Below the pieces are notes generated by a model. The model searched no databases. It was not told where the DNA came from and saw only the letters and a program-made list of their open reading frames with translations. DNA of 63,856 bases, counting the filler, from Basidiobolus ranarum (Eukaryota): assembly GCA_040143965.1 (NCBI GenBank). It is 6 parts of 6 records of this genome, joined end to end, with 100 filler letters (N's around TTAATTAATTAA, not from the genome) between each part and the next. Parts side by side here need not be neighbours in the genome. Positions count along the whole stretch, not along the records: positions 21,351 to 31,918 come from JASJQH010007569.1; positions 32,019 to 42,576 come from JASJQH010007570.1; 4 more parts are not named here. One strand, written 5' to 3'. The position numbers were made by a program, and so were the translations under genes. Every line of letters begins with the position of its first letter. The first letter of the stretch is position 1. Of the stretch, positions 25,192 through 37,741 are shown piece after piece.

Positions 25192-26171
25192 ATGGCTTCA
25201 CCTGCTGCATCTGCTCTCGGCAAAGTTTCCAAGCTTGCTATTGGTCTTGGTACTGCCGCTACCTTTGCCAACTACTCTATGTATGATGGTAAGTTATTTC
25301 CACCCTAATTGAAAGGACCATTTTACCATATGCTAGTTTACTTGCATTGTGTCAAGTTGATCTCAATTCTAATCCTATTCATCAATCTTCTAGTCAAGGG
25401 TGGATACCAAGCTGTTATCTTCGATCGTATTCAGGGTGTTAAATCTCAAGTAGTAGGAGAAGGAACTCATTTCCTCGTTCCTTGGCTTCAACGCGCCATT
25501 ATCTATGACGTTCGTACCAAACCTAGAAGTATCTCTACCACTACCGGTTCCAAGGATATGCAAACTGTCAGTTTGACTCTTCGTGTTCTCCACAGACCTA
25601 ACCATGGTCAACTTCCCAAGATTTACCAATCTTTGGGTCTTGATTACGATGAGAGAGTTTTACCTTCCATTGGTAATGAAATTCTCAAGGCAGTTGTGGC
25701 CCAATTCGATGCTGGTGAATTGATTACTCAGCGTGAGATTGTAAGTAGATTACTAAATGATTTTTTCATGGCCATGGTTCGTTGATTAAGTGAAATTAAT
25801 TCATTCCCTTCATTTAGGTTTCTTCCAGAATTCGTGAAGAATTGGTCAAGAGAGCTAGAGAATTCAACATCGAACTTGAGGATGTCTCCATCACTCATAT
25901 GACATTCGGTCGTGAATTCACTCACGCCGTTGAACAGAAGCAAATTGCTCAACAGGAAGCCGAAAGAGCCAAGTTCGTTGTAGAGGGTGAAGCCCAAGCT
26001 GCCGAGACTATCAACAACGCCTTGAACAAGGCTGGTGCTGGTTTGATTGAATTGCGTCGTATTGAAGCATCCAGAGAGATTGCTGGTACTTTGGGAGCTG
26101 CCCGTAACGTTACTTACCTTCCTTCTCAACAAGGTGGTTCCAACCTTCTGTTGAACGTTAACGGCCTCTAA
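25192..26171 (+). CDS. PHB1: Prohibitin 1, 3 exons (25192-25288, 25394-25740, 25818-26171); lacks 14 aa of the coiled coil
   Basis: [76 protein letters not shown]. Confidence 0.95.
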
Positions 26172-26943
26172 ATTCGCATGTCAAATAGCAAGCATTTCAT
26201 GTATCACCATAAATTATATATAGATATATAAAGCCCATTGACACAATTCAACCCATTCCCACCCACAAAGCAAACAAAGTTGATCCGATTTCCATTCGAT
26301 TTCTCATCAATGTTCTTTCATTCTTAAGCATGTGATTAATAAAATTCTCTTCGAAAACACCGTTTTATGCGCCGTTTTATGCACCTCTTAATCTCCAACA
26401 GCTCAGTCTTTGTTTCTTAAACCGATGTCTACGTTGTGTGGATTCGATGGTTATGTGAATTCGATGGTTATGCGGATTCGAAATTGCTCATTTACTCCTC
26501 GCAGTGCATTCCATTTATACGTTGCTCATACGCAGTGTGGTGGATTCCATTAAACATTGTGTGAGTTCTGTGTGTGGGTTCTGAATGAAGCTTAATTCCA
26601 ACGCCTGAATCCGAGAGACAAAGTTGTTAGATCTCTCTCATTGGTTGAAGGGCGCAAAACTCAATGACTAGTGGTGTGAAGTGCGGAATCTAGAATTTCT
26701 AAAAGATCCATTCCCAGAAGAGTCATGTGCACTAATTTAGGGGTAGACTTCGATCCATCTTTTTAGGAAGCTTCTAATTTGCTGTCCAGTCTTTGTTTCT
26801 GATAAAGCTTATTTTCCATGATCGTATTAGCATTTTGATAGCATTTCTTTTTGCTTACTCTCACGGTTCTCTCACCGCTCTCTTATTGAATGAATCATTT
26901 ACCTTCTTAATACTCAACCGAACTCATATTTCACTCGTCGAGC

Positions 26944-28186
26944 ATGATCACCTCGAAAGTCTTTGGCTGCATATTCTCATTTGCTTACTTCTTTACCACT
27001 GTTCAGGCCCAAGACATTGCACTTCCCGAGCCCTTACCACTCCCACCAGCCAAGCCAGACTGTTTTAGCCTCAAAGAGTCCCATTTTTGTGGGAGTAGTC
27101 TTGGGGAGTATTTTATATCTAGTAAGACCATTGTCAACAGTGTTCTTACTCCTGACATCGTAGCTTTTGACCGAGCTATGAGTTACTATTTTGGCTCACC
27201 CGGGGATGTGAAAGATATTAATTTGACGTTTGGTTGTCAAAACGGTTCAGGTTGGGATGGTATTTATGAACCACCATACCGAGCTAGCTTTACCTGTCGT
27301 AGTATACTCCGAGATCCAAATACAGTAGCCTGTAATAAGGACAACCCCGTCCCTCCTCTTTGTCAAACCACTTGTCGACGATATACACAAGGGTGGGAAA
27401 CAGTTATCCGAAATGAAACTGCCTGTCCAGGAACTGTTCAAGAAGAGGATAGAAAAATAGCGAACGTTTTATCTTGGTGTGATTTTGACCCATTTAATGG
27501 AACTGCAGGTAACTGTGTCGACGGTAAAGAAAACCAGGATAGAACTTGTGGTTGGTAGTATTTATCACTCGTATTAATTCAATTATTTGTAACTAATTTT
27601 TTTGCTCATTTCGTACAATATAGGCTTTTTACTTCCACTACAGTTCCCTAATTTATGTTCTTTTTGTAAATTCTCTAACGATCCTTGTTGTCGTTCTGAA
27701 AGTGCTCGAGCATGTGGTTTAGCTTTACCGGAGAAAAATATCACTATTCTTGTATGTTCGATCGTTTTTGGTTGTCTAGGTGGTATAGGATTAATTGTTG
27801 GTGGTGTATTGTTTTATAAACGAAGGAACCTCGATAAGGTCAATGGAAAATGTCCGAACACTAATAATACCGAGCCCACTACTAGCACTTTAAGGCTCAA
27901 TTCCACCGCATCTTCAGTAAGCGAATGTGTATGTGAATTTGCCTATATACCCACTCTACCAGATGAGCTGGCGATCGATCCCGGCGATAGTATCTTGGTC
28001 TTATGGGTATTTGATGATGGATGGGCGGTGGGACGTAATATTACCCGTGGAGGAGAGGGGGCCTTCCCATTGGCTTGTGTAGTGCGTAAAGTGGATAGTG
28101 CCAATTGCTCGACTACATCAGTGTTTGGTAATGGTTTCCCCCGAAGAACATCATCCAAACGTGTCTCCAATCTACCCAAATCATGA
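26944..28186 (+). CDS. Type I membrane protein: signal peptide, Cys-rich ectodomain, single TM, cytoplasmic SH3; 2 exons (26944-27550, 27624-28186)
   Basis: Signal-like N-terminus, more than 15 Cys, TM ILVCSIVFGCLGGIGLIVGGVLFY followed by KRR, SH3 FAYIPTLPDELAIDPGD...DDGWAVG...GAFPLACV. Confidence 0.85.
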
Positions 28187-28564
28187 GTTGATTGTTACCT
28201 ACTCAATACATCATCGAAAAGGGGGATTTTTGAAAGTAGAAGGATATTTCCCATGTAAATTAACAATCATTGAAATCCGAATCACGTATATATAATTTTT
28301 AATCACTTTTACATTCTATAAATACTTCTTTTGCATAAAGATATAAAACTTCTTTTTCCATACAATCCTCCCCCATTAATGTTCACTTGAATTGCTTAAT
28401 AACTGCGTTTACAAGAACAAAACTGGAAACCAAACAAATGGCTAATTTTATTCCGAATAATAGTACAATTAGGGAGGGGGAGCTGAGTGGTAATCACACA
28501 CTAGACTCAGTAGAATGTTCGTTCAAAGCCTATATCACTCGTTTTGGGAAATATACATTGGTAT

Positions 28565-29230
28565 TTAACATTTGATAATCGGTGCATTATGTTGCCGTAT
28601 ATCTTGGTGTAATAGACCGAGAGGAACATTATCATCCTGCTTACAGTTATGTTGAGGTGTTTTGGAAGAGGCTACTAGTAGTGGTAAAGTTGAACTTTTA
28701 CTACGAGAAAAGTTAGAAGCATCTCTCTGTAAATCAATCTTTGTCTTGGACATAGTTTGATGAATTAAAAGGACTTGAACAAGTGGTCTTCGTTTCAACT
28801 TCCTCAATTTTCTCATACTGATGTTGTATGTGTATTGAATCTGTTTAGGGGAAGTTACCGAGATGCTTGAATGGATATGTGTTTGTGTGGTTCGTTTGAG
28901 AGTGTACTTTCGAATAGTGGTATGTGTAGAGAATGAGGTGGATTGGGTGGCGTTATCATTGGTACTCATCGAGGGTGATTTGACTCTCTTGGATTGAAAT
29001 GATTTTACAAAGAATCGAGTGAAACTTCGAAGCCTTTGACTTATCTTGTTGGATATTTTAGCTTCGCTAAGTTCTGGTGGCGTAGAATCCACTGCTGAAG
29101 TAGAGCTGGTGTCCATGGTAATTATATTCGTAAACATACTTGACAGTTTACGCTTTATGGATGGTTTGATGGTGGGCTCTGGGCATGTTTCGGGATGTAT
29201 TGGAGTTGATGATTTTTGGGACCTAGGCAT
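28565..29230 (-). CDS. Hypothetical S/T/K-rich protein with a Zds_C/SERTA-like helical motif
   Basis: 221-aa ATG ORF, intronless; YNISMRKLRKLKRRPLVQVLLIHQTM and DDNVPLG motifs. Confidence 0.6.
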   Translation of the reverse strand: MPRSQKSSTPIHPETCPEPTIKPSIKRKLSSMFTNIITMDTSSTSAVDSTPPELSEAKISNKISQRLRSFTRFFVKSFQSKRVKSPSMSTNDNATQSTSFSTHTTIRKYTLKRTTQTHIHSSISVTSPKQIQYTYNISMRKLRKLKRRPLVQVLLIHQTMSKTKIDLQRDASNFSRSKSSTLPLLVASSKTPQHNCKQDDNVPLGLLHQDIRQHNAPIIKC

Positions 29231-29991
29231 ACTTCAACGGTGTGAATGGAAAAGTAAGGGATGGAAGGTAATGTAAGGCAATCGAGGTAAGTATTATTAA
29301 AGCAAGTAGTATCAAAGTGAGCGATGTAAATAAATAAGAAAGTTCAAACGCTCGTCCAAACCATCCAAAAAATAGTCCAAATCGCTACGGTTCATTGCTC
29401 CCTCTTATATTGAGTTTACTCAAGACCATTAACCCAAGACCCCTCAAGAGCATTGTATCTTATTGTTCAACCGATCGAGTTTCTTGATATTATGGAATTT
29501 CATTGTTCAAATAAACAATCAGTTTGAGTTTCTTATTTAAATAATGTTACTCGAAACAATAGTCATCAATGATGTCTTTCTAACACGTGTATATCTACAC
29601 TTATCGTAACAAGCAGAACACTAATATTATCTCTTAGTAGCTCCAACCGTCACGCCATCCTTATATCCTTCAATTAGCTCTAAAATAGTACTATCCTTTG
29701 CTGCTTTTAATCTTAAATAATCACCTAACTTGATTAGTGAATTTCTGTTCCCACTAGAAATTCCATTCCTGAATGTATTATACTCTTCTTAACCGTTTGA
29801 AAGACAATGGTGGATTTCTTCAGGATATCAATGAATAGTAATGTCAGTGCTTACAATAGAGTGTCTAAGTATCAGAAGCTGTTACCATACTGCGATACTT
29901 ATTTATTTGAGTGGGATTCAATCCCAAACACTTAGCAACAAATAATGGAAAATTCATATTACATCATGGAATGCTAAACTTTCAATAGAAT

Positions 29992-30225
29992 ATCAACATT
30001 GATAGTTTTGTCAAGATGTAAACAAACTAACATGTAGAATGTGTTAAGGAAGGTCCCAGGAACATGTGTGCAAAGTTTGGGGCTTCTTTGAAAAATCTAT
30101 ACATCTGAGAACTTCTAAGTAAATTCCTCTTGAGAATAGTGAGTAATATCTTAGTTCTATATAGGATAACTAAATAATAAGCTATATATGACTTTATAGG
30201 TGTTTAGGCAACGCTAATTTCAACA
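29992..30225 (-). mobile_element. Truncated solo-LTR copy (same family as 32855 and 50758)
   Basis: Its reverse complement starts TGTTGAAATTAGC and aligns with 32855-33070 (CTCAAGAGGAATTT, GCCCCAAACTTTGCACAC, TTGACAAAACTAT). Confidence 0.75.
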
Positions 30226-30680
30226 CATGCAAGCTGAACCTAGCTACATGAATGTGTCAATATAAATAACATGGAAAATCTTACTCTACAAAGGTATTGA
30301 AGCATAGTTGTAGATACCTAAACAGATGATCCTTTTATCATGTATGGTAAAGCTACATAGTACATAACTTGCACATCTTGGTTGTTGAATAGAATATCTG
30401 AGCCTATGATGCTTTTGACTAAAATTCACGAATGAGATGACATCATAAATGGGATTTAAAGCTAACAGTAAGATTTACCCCGTGTATCATTGCTCTTAAT
30501 TCTCTGATATTATACCACGTTCTAGAGAGTAAGGAGCGTACTCTAATTTACGAACATTCTGATGTAACGTGATTTGGATTGTCTAACAAAGTCACTAGCA
30601 TTGATCATGCGTACTAAAGGAATCAATTGCATATACGTTGCCCTTACTTTCATCCAAAGTATTGGTGCACACAATATTCA

Positions 30681-30750
30681 GTGGAAACTAATCCATTGTC
30701 TGCTTTGACTGAATTGTGGAAACTAATCTATTGTCTGCTTTGACTGAATT
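30681..30750. repeat. 35-bp tandem duplication (2 copies, 1 mismatch)
   Basis: GTGGAAACTAATC[C/T]ATTGTCTGCTTTGACTGAATT x2. Confidence 0.9.
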
Positions 30751-31778
30751 AACCGCTTCTCCATCGCCTTTGGATTATACTATTTCTTTACGTTATCGAG
30801 GTATACTACATATTCAATGTATTAGTTTCCTTAGCCCGAGAAGGTAGAGCTCAACTACCACTGCTCTTCTGGATGATATTTCTCAAGTAGCATCATTTGC
30901 TGAAGTGCCACATGCAATCTTCAAAAGGTAAATATAAATCAAGTTTGCTCAACCACGCTTCTTAATGAATTCCATTTTTGCAAGTATCTTTGAGTATCTA
31001 CAATTCGCCTACTTTGGAGAGTTTCTACCAAGCTCATAAAATTAAATAGTCCCAGCACAGCAGATAAACAAACTCACCGTTAATACTAGAATAATTCTCT
31101 TTGAAAAGTTACTCTCGTCACATCTTAATTTGCCTTGTATCCCTATTCTTGATCAGTCATATGGAGTGAATGCTTAGAGTAGGCTTCCAAAGGATTTCTT
31201 GTTAACTTCACTTGTGTGGTTGGTGATGCATTAGGAGGAACCAACCTAGAATATGATATAAATCCTTCTAATGCAAACCTAGAATGCTTTTATTGTTTAA
31301 AGGAATCCATATGTTAACTTGAAATTGACTCTTCTGGGTGCAGACTTCACTTGAACCTATATGTTGAATCAAATATCTATGAGTTAGCGGAAGTACACTA
31401 TTAGAGATCTCTAAATACATGAGTGTTGATTCAATCGTACATATTCAGTGTTAAATCTTATATAGACATACATATCATTAATCATTAACGAAAAATTGGT
31501 AATCATAAATCGTTCATATGGTATAGATGTGATACTGGCAATATGACTATATACTAATGGAAAGATATTAGAAATTGGATCATCCATGCTAGAATATACG
31601 AATAATATTTAGAAATTGTTGCGTATTGACTTAGGAGTAATCCTTCAATATGGTGGCTTAGCCTTCACGTGTCAGCCTTCTAAGCCACTTCTTGTTATAA
31701 AACGGAGAAGCGAGTAAATATGTCACTACACTTGAATATTAATTCATTTGATAACCAGTCAAACCAACATTTTCTAAC

Positions 31779-31918
31779 ATGCCTTCTAACCAACATCAAT
31801 CACAAAACCGCTTCGAAAGAGGTTTGACTCGCAGAAGTGATCAACAAAATAACTCTCGTTATGGCCGCCAGTACGAGCAAGATGAGTATGATAACGAATA
31901 CGAACGTGGTGTCTCTGG
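31779..31918 (+). CDS. 5' end of an unidentified gene, truncated at contig end
   Basis: ATG 80 bp downstream of TATAAAA (~31696); open hydrophilic frame running into the linker. Confidence 0.45.
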
Positions 31919-32018
31919 NNNNNNNNNNNNNNNNNNNNNNNNNNNNNNNNNNNNNNNNNNNNTTAATTAATTAANNNNNNNNNNNNNNNNNNNNNNNNNN
32001 NNNNNNNNNNNNNNNNNN
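31919..32018. other. Artificial contig linker
   Basis: N44-TTAATTAATTAA-N44. Confidence 0.98.
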
Positions 32019-32097
32019 GCTTTCACGTGTATAACTCATGATACGGTAAACAATGATTTGAATTTAGACTTTAAACTGAAAGCATGACAACGACTAG

Positions 32098-32615
32098 AAC
32101 CTGTTAGCATTTGGAACGTTCTATTACATCTAACTGTTGTAGCCACATCATTAGTAGGATCAGCTACTGGCATCTTCATTTCCAGTTTGTTTAAACAGCT
32201 TCAAATTGCTTTAGCAGTAACACCTTTGTTGATATTGCCGCTCATGATGTTCGGCGGATTTTTTTTAAACAATGGTAGTGCTCCAGTGTATTTTGCTTGG
32301 ATCCAGTGGATTAGTCCAATCAAGTATGGTTTCGCATCATTAGCTAAAAATCAACTTTCCGGAATGTTGATTGGTGGACAGCCATTAGGCTCTGAACAGC
32401 TAAGAAATCTATCATTGGATGGGGGATTCCCTATATTTGCAAATATTGCCATGTTGTTTGTCCTCTATGTGGCTGTTACGCTACTGGCCTTCTTATCGCT
32501 CTTTCGTCTTGTGAATTCCTTATCGGGTAAGAAATTGCTCACCCGGAAGGAACTCAAGAATCAGCTGCTACGCGAGTCTACCAACAACAAGATTAATCAT
32601 AAACAGATGCATTGA
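32098..32615 (+). CDS. Last exon of an ABCG/White-family ABC transporter (ABC-2 membrane domain); 5' part is off-contig
   Basis: ALAVTPLLILPLMMFGGFFLN...PVYFAWIQWISPIKYGF is typical of ABCG TM domains. The 5' exon boundary is approximate. Confidence 0.8.
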
Positions 32616-32854
32616 CATATATCTAACAATCTATGGTATCTTCTAACAAGGATGTCTTATATTTGCCAGATTCATCATACTTAGATTATGTATCTTCAGG
32701 ATGCATGCTTGTTTCTCAATCTTTGAACCCACATGCCATTATTACTGCTGCAATAAAACATAGAACTGCATTATAGAAAAGAAAGGCCACCACCAAGTGA
32801 CAAAATGCGTGTGTCAGGCACAGCTGCCATTTGCTATATCTGGACTACCATACG

Positions 32855-33161
32855 TGTTGAAATTAACATAGCCTAAACATCTATATAGTCATATATAGCT
32901 TAGTGAAATATGGAATAACTAAATACTAAGATATCACCTCAAGAGGAATTTGCTTGGAACATTTTGAGAACTTGTGCTAGAGGCCCCAAACTTTGCACAC
33001 AAGTTCCTGTGACTTTCCTTAACATACTCTACGTGTTTGTTTGTTTACCCATTGACAAAACTATAAATGTCAACTTTCAACTCAATAAATCAATAAGTGA
33101 AAGCCACCAATTCTTCTAGTTCTCCAAACCACCTCCAACAAACTCCCAAAATACTTCAACA
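32855..33161 (+). mobile_element. Solo LTR (TGTTGAA...TTCAACA), Ty1/copia-like termini
   Basis: 7-bp terminal inverted repeats, degenerate 5-bp flanks ATACG/ACATG, internal AATAAA; 3' half similar to the 50758-51044 copy. Confidence 0.8.
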
Positions 33162-34062
33162 ACATGACCCTGGTGTAATTCAAACTAGTAACCTTGCTCA
33201 GAACAAATGTCAGTGTTGCATATAGTGTAGAAAATGGGTTGATATGACAAAGACATGTTCCAATTGGGCGTCAGAACATAAATAAAATCAAGAATCAAAA
33301 AGTAATCCGATATTTTCCGATACCAATGCATCCTCGCTTGCTAGAAATTCTTTTAATGTTTCAAGCGAACCAAGTGAATATTTTGGACTTCCAGGGAGGC
33401 TCTTATATGCCATGTAACCAACCCAATCTGATGGTCGAAAGAAGCATCCAATTTGGCTTAGTAATAATAGTGATGTTATACAAAGATCGAGGTTTCTGTT
33501 TGCAGTACACGTAAACGTTCAATGTTATCACTGCGCATTCAAATCTATGCTGCGCAGTGTTCAGACAACTACACTTCCGATCTGGGCTCTCTGGCTGAGG
33601 TGGATGGCTCAGTCTATATCTCTGGCTCCTTAACAGCATCGATCAATCAGACTCATCTGTTTGGATAGTTGAATGCATATATGCTAATAGGTTAATGATA
33701 AACCATCTTCAAATTCAGTGTATAGCTTGCGCTACTTGGTCTTTCTTTCCAAGATTACAAATGGACTAATTGCTGAATAATATCAATGATTTGAATGACA
33801 TTCTGAAAATGAAAAAGGAAAACAAAAAATAAAAAAAATCTCGAATCTAAACTTTTTTTTCCGCAGAGATTCATTTTACTAATACAATCTTGAGTGAGCT
33901 CGATATTATTCGAGTAGAATTCCTTTATTTGGTAATCAAGAGGAGGAAAACTGATTGAATCTTCTCGTTACTAATCCACTTTGAGGACCTTATTAAGTTT
34001 TTTTCCTTCACTTGTTTCTTCTCTCATTATTTTTATTCTTTTTTGTACAAGAACTATTATTA

Positions 34063-36662
34063 ATGCCGCTGCCAAAGTCAAAAAAATTGGGAAACCTAGG
34101 AAAGGCGATTATTAGAGATCGTTTCAAGGGAAATACTCGCCCCAGAGATGATGCCACTACTCCTATGGTATTTTCATCCTTCCTTAAGGTTTTTTAGACA
34201 AGAAACATTTTCTAATATTACCTATAGCACACCACAGATTTGGATGATGGTCCAAATTGGACTAAAATGCAGTCTATCACCGAGGAAGGTGATCTAGACG
34301 CTTTCTTGAGAACTGCTCAACTTGCCGGAACCGAATTTACTGCTGGTTAGAAGGGATTTATACTTTCTTCCATTTATCGTTCTTATCTAAACTTTATGCT
34401 TGATTTTGTAGAAAAGTTGAATATTAAGGTAGTAACCAACGACTACCATAATCCTTTCTTGTTAACTCAAGAAAAAGAACAAGAGACTCTACAAAAGCAA
34501 GAGGAAAACAGGGAACGTTTAACTGTTCCTAGAAGGTGGGGTTTCTATCCAAATTTATCGATAAAAATCAACCTCTTGTATTCTTGCTAAAATGAATATT
34601 TAAATTGATAATACTTTAGACCTTATTGGGATAAAAATACCACTGCAGAGCAATTGCAGCGTGATGAGAGAGAATCTTTCTTGGATTGGAGAAGAGACTT
34701 GGCCATGTAAATAAGCTAATAACATTCTATGGCTGTTAATTTAAATCTCTAAACCTTTTGAATCTTTTAGGTTGCAAGAAAACCATGGACTTCTTCTTAC
34801 TCCATTTGAAAAGAATATCGAAGTTTGGCGTCAATTGTGGCGTGTTATTGAACGTTCCGATTTGGTTGTTCAAATTGTTGATGCAAGAAACCCATCATTC
34901 TTTAGATCTACTGATTTGGAAAAATATGTTAAAGAAGTGGATCCCACCAAGAAGAATTTACTTTTGATCAACAAAGCTGATATGTTGACCGCTAAGCAAA
35001 GGTATTTCGAAGGTTTAAGTGGTTTTTATAGTGAATCTTATTAACCACTGAATCTATAGAGCTATGTGGGCCGACTACTTCGACTCCCAAGAGATTGATT
35101 ATACTTTCTTCTCTGCGGCTTTAGCAAACAAGAAGCTCGAAGACGAAGAAAAGGAAAGAGAAGCACTTGAGGATTTATTGCTACGTGCTCAACTTGCTGG
35201 TACAATAATTGATGAGGACGACAGTGAAGAAGACCAAGAAGAAGAAGAAGAAGAAGAGAAGGAGGAGGAACAGGTAGTGGAGGAAGAGGAAAGCGAAGAG
35301 GAAGTAGAAATGTACGTAACATAAAATGGAATTGGATAAATCACCTTATACTGATTATTCTATAGTGAAGGAAAGCCATACATCCACAAGCACTATGAAT
35401 CTCAAGATGATAGTGACGAAAGAATCAGAATTCGCACAGCTGGTGATTTGTTGGATCTTTTCGACGTTGAATGCCCAGTCATTGAAGGTTAATATTTGTG
35501 ATTCTTATGAACTCGTTGGCACAGGATTAACGTTAATTCAACTATAGGGAGAGTCGATGGCCGAGGACAAACCCGTAAAGCCAATATCGGTTTGGTAGGT
35601 TATCCTAATGTCGGTAAAAGTTCCACTATCAATGCCCTTGTTGGTGAAAAGAAAGTAGCAGTCGGTGCCACACCAGGAAAGACCAAGCATTTCCAGGTAA
35701 ATTTTGATCTTTAGTACTTGTCTTGTCTTGCAATATATTTAGCTGATATAACTTAATAGACCATTCACTTGAGTGAATCTATTCTTCTTTGTGATTGTCC
35801 CGGTCTTGTCTTCCCTTCTTTTGCTATTACTCAAGCAGATATGGTTTGCAATGGTGTACTTCCTATTGATCAAATGCGTGAGTATACTGGACCTGCTGCC
35901 TTGATCGCCCAGCGTATTCCCAAATGGTACATTGAGGCCACCTACGGTTTCCATATCAAGACCAAGCCTAAGGAAGAAGGTGGAAGTGGTACCCCAACTG
36001 GTGAAGAGTTGCTGATTGCTTTTGCTCGTGCCCGTGGTTATACCAAATCCAGTCAAGGTAACCCTGATGAATCAAAGGCTGCTCGTTTCATCTTCAAGGA
36101 CTATGTTAATGTAAGTGATATTCATATTGCATTTGTCAACAACCATTTGATATTTACTGTATTTTACAGGGAAAACTCTTGTACAACCATCCCCCACCTA
36201 CCGGAATTGAACCGGAGGAATTTAACGTCGAGATCTACGACCCTAAGAAATTCGAACAAAGAAAGAGGTTCACCGCAGTAGCTGCTGCTGTTGCCTTGGC
36301 AGAGGTATTTTATCAATTCTATCTAACCGCACACTATTACTTGATTTACTTAATGAACAAATTCGTAGGGAGATGAACAAGACACTGAAACAATCAAAGC
36401 TGTAGCACCAGTTGGCTCTACATCATCTGCTCTTGATAACAATTTCTTCCACAAGACTCACAAAGGTCCTCAAGTAGTCGGAAAATTCGCCAAGCAAAAC
36501 TTCAATCGTGTGAAATTGTACCCCCACCAACAGATGGTTGCCAATGATGGCAGCTATGTCGGTGTCCAAGGACAAGCACCTTCAGAAACAGGTAAAAAGG
36601 CACACAAAAAAGGGAAAAAGCATGTAAAGGTTCGCAGTCGTATGGGTTACGATATCGCATAA
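34063..36662 (+). CDS. LSG1: Large subunit GTPase 1 (circularly permuted GTPase), multi-exon
   Basis: [90 protein letters not shown]; stop at 36660-36662. Confidence 0.95.
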
Positions 36663-36880
36663 ATTTACATTCATTTTCATTCAGTTTATAAATTATATAT
36701 TCAACTCTCTCCTGTTTAATCATTATATAAAAGTTATATACTCAAAATCAAAGAATATTGTTTAAATGAGAACTCCGCAAATTACACTAATGCATATATG
36801 TTGTTCAAGAGACCAAAGCATGTTTGAAATACGTCTTTTATTTGAAAAAAGTACAATTTGTTATTTGTGAAAAGGAAAGT

Positions 36881-37432
36881 CTATTGACGACTAGCAACCA
36901 ATCTCTTACGTGCCAATTGGCGCTTGTTGAGTTTAGGTGCCTTACCATCATCTTCACGTTTAACAGTGGCATCTTCCTCAGAGACGATGATTTCGATGTG
37001 GCAAGGGCTGCTCATGTAAGGATTGATTCTACCGTGAGCACGGTAAGTACGTCTACGTTGCTTAGGGGCTTGGTTAACTTGAACATGCTTAATAACCAAA
37101 GATTCGGCTTCTAAACCTTTGTTCTCAGCATTGCTTTCGGCGTTCTTGAGGAGACCCAACAAGAATTCCGCAGACTTGACGGGCCAGCGACCCTTAGTAG
37201 TGTTGAAAGCCTTTGCTTGAGCACAACGACCAATACCACCGGCAAAACGACGGAAAGGAATGCACTGTTTGTGAGCTTTAACATCTTCCAAGTATGTGAT
37301 AGCCTTCTGCAACTTCATTCCAGAAATGGCAGCAGCAGCCTCACGGGTATTCTTGAAGTGAACACGAAGGTAAGAACCACGGGTTTGAGCGGACTTTGCG
37401 CTGTTAGCAGGGGTAGCAGAGTATCTAACCAT
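36881..37432 (-). CDS. RPL17: 60S ribosomal protein L17 (uL22); putative 5'UTR intron ~37699-37447
   Basis: [43 protein letters not shown]. Confidence 0.98.
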   Translation of the reverse strand: MVRYSATPANSAKSAQTRGSYLRVHFKNTREAAAAISGMKLQKAITYLEDVKAHKQCIPFRRFAGGIGRCAQAKAFNTTKGRWPVKSAEFLLGLLKNAESNAENKGLEAESLVIKHVQVNQAPKQRRRTYRAHGRINPYMSSPCHIEIIVSEEDATVKREDDGKAPKLNKRQLARKRLVASRQ

Positions 37433-37730
37433 TTCTATTGACTGACCTAAGGCGAAACAGAATAAGTTGTGAGTGACTTGTATATAGAAAATATGTCGTC
37501 AATAGATATAGTCGGATGGATGGATTTGAGAAGATTGAAAGATCGCTGAAAACTAATTCATCTTACTATCTTTAATTTGTAAAGAATAATGTAATTCCAT
37601 ATTAAAATCTGTACATTTCTCAAATCTTACTCATTTCTATACCACTGAATACACTTGCAAGAAGTGAAATTTATAAAAGAAATTGTATTGATATTCTACC
37701 TAAGTAAGTACACTCGAAAAGTATGGGCAA

Positions 37731-37741
37731 CGGAAAGAGGG
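37731..37741 (-). promoter_or_regulatory. TCT/5'TOP-like pyrimidine tract upstream of RPL17
   Basis: CCCTCTTTCCG on the minus strand, ~35 nt before the 5'UTR intron donor. Confidence 0.5.

Noticed and set aside
31779-32615. ORF 31779 as the N-terminus of the ABCG transporter
   Set aside because: Separated by a linker between size-sorted contigs; no evidence of linkage.
29992-33161. Inverted LTR copies apparently bracketing an ABC transporter like a composite transposon
   Set aside because: The two copies lie on different contigs joined by an artificial linker.
23864-37432. TMA16, LSG1 and RPL17 as a 60S-biogenesis cluster
   Set aside because: TMA16 is on a different contig; only the convergent LSG1-RPL17 pair is real and could be chance.
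37447-37699. Intronic snoRNA in the long RPL17 (and RPS19) 5'UTR introns
   Set aside because: I found no convincing C box (RTGATGA) / D box (CTGA) pair with a terminal stem; a snoscan or Infernal run would settle it.
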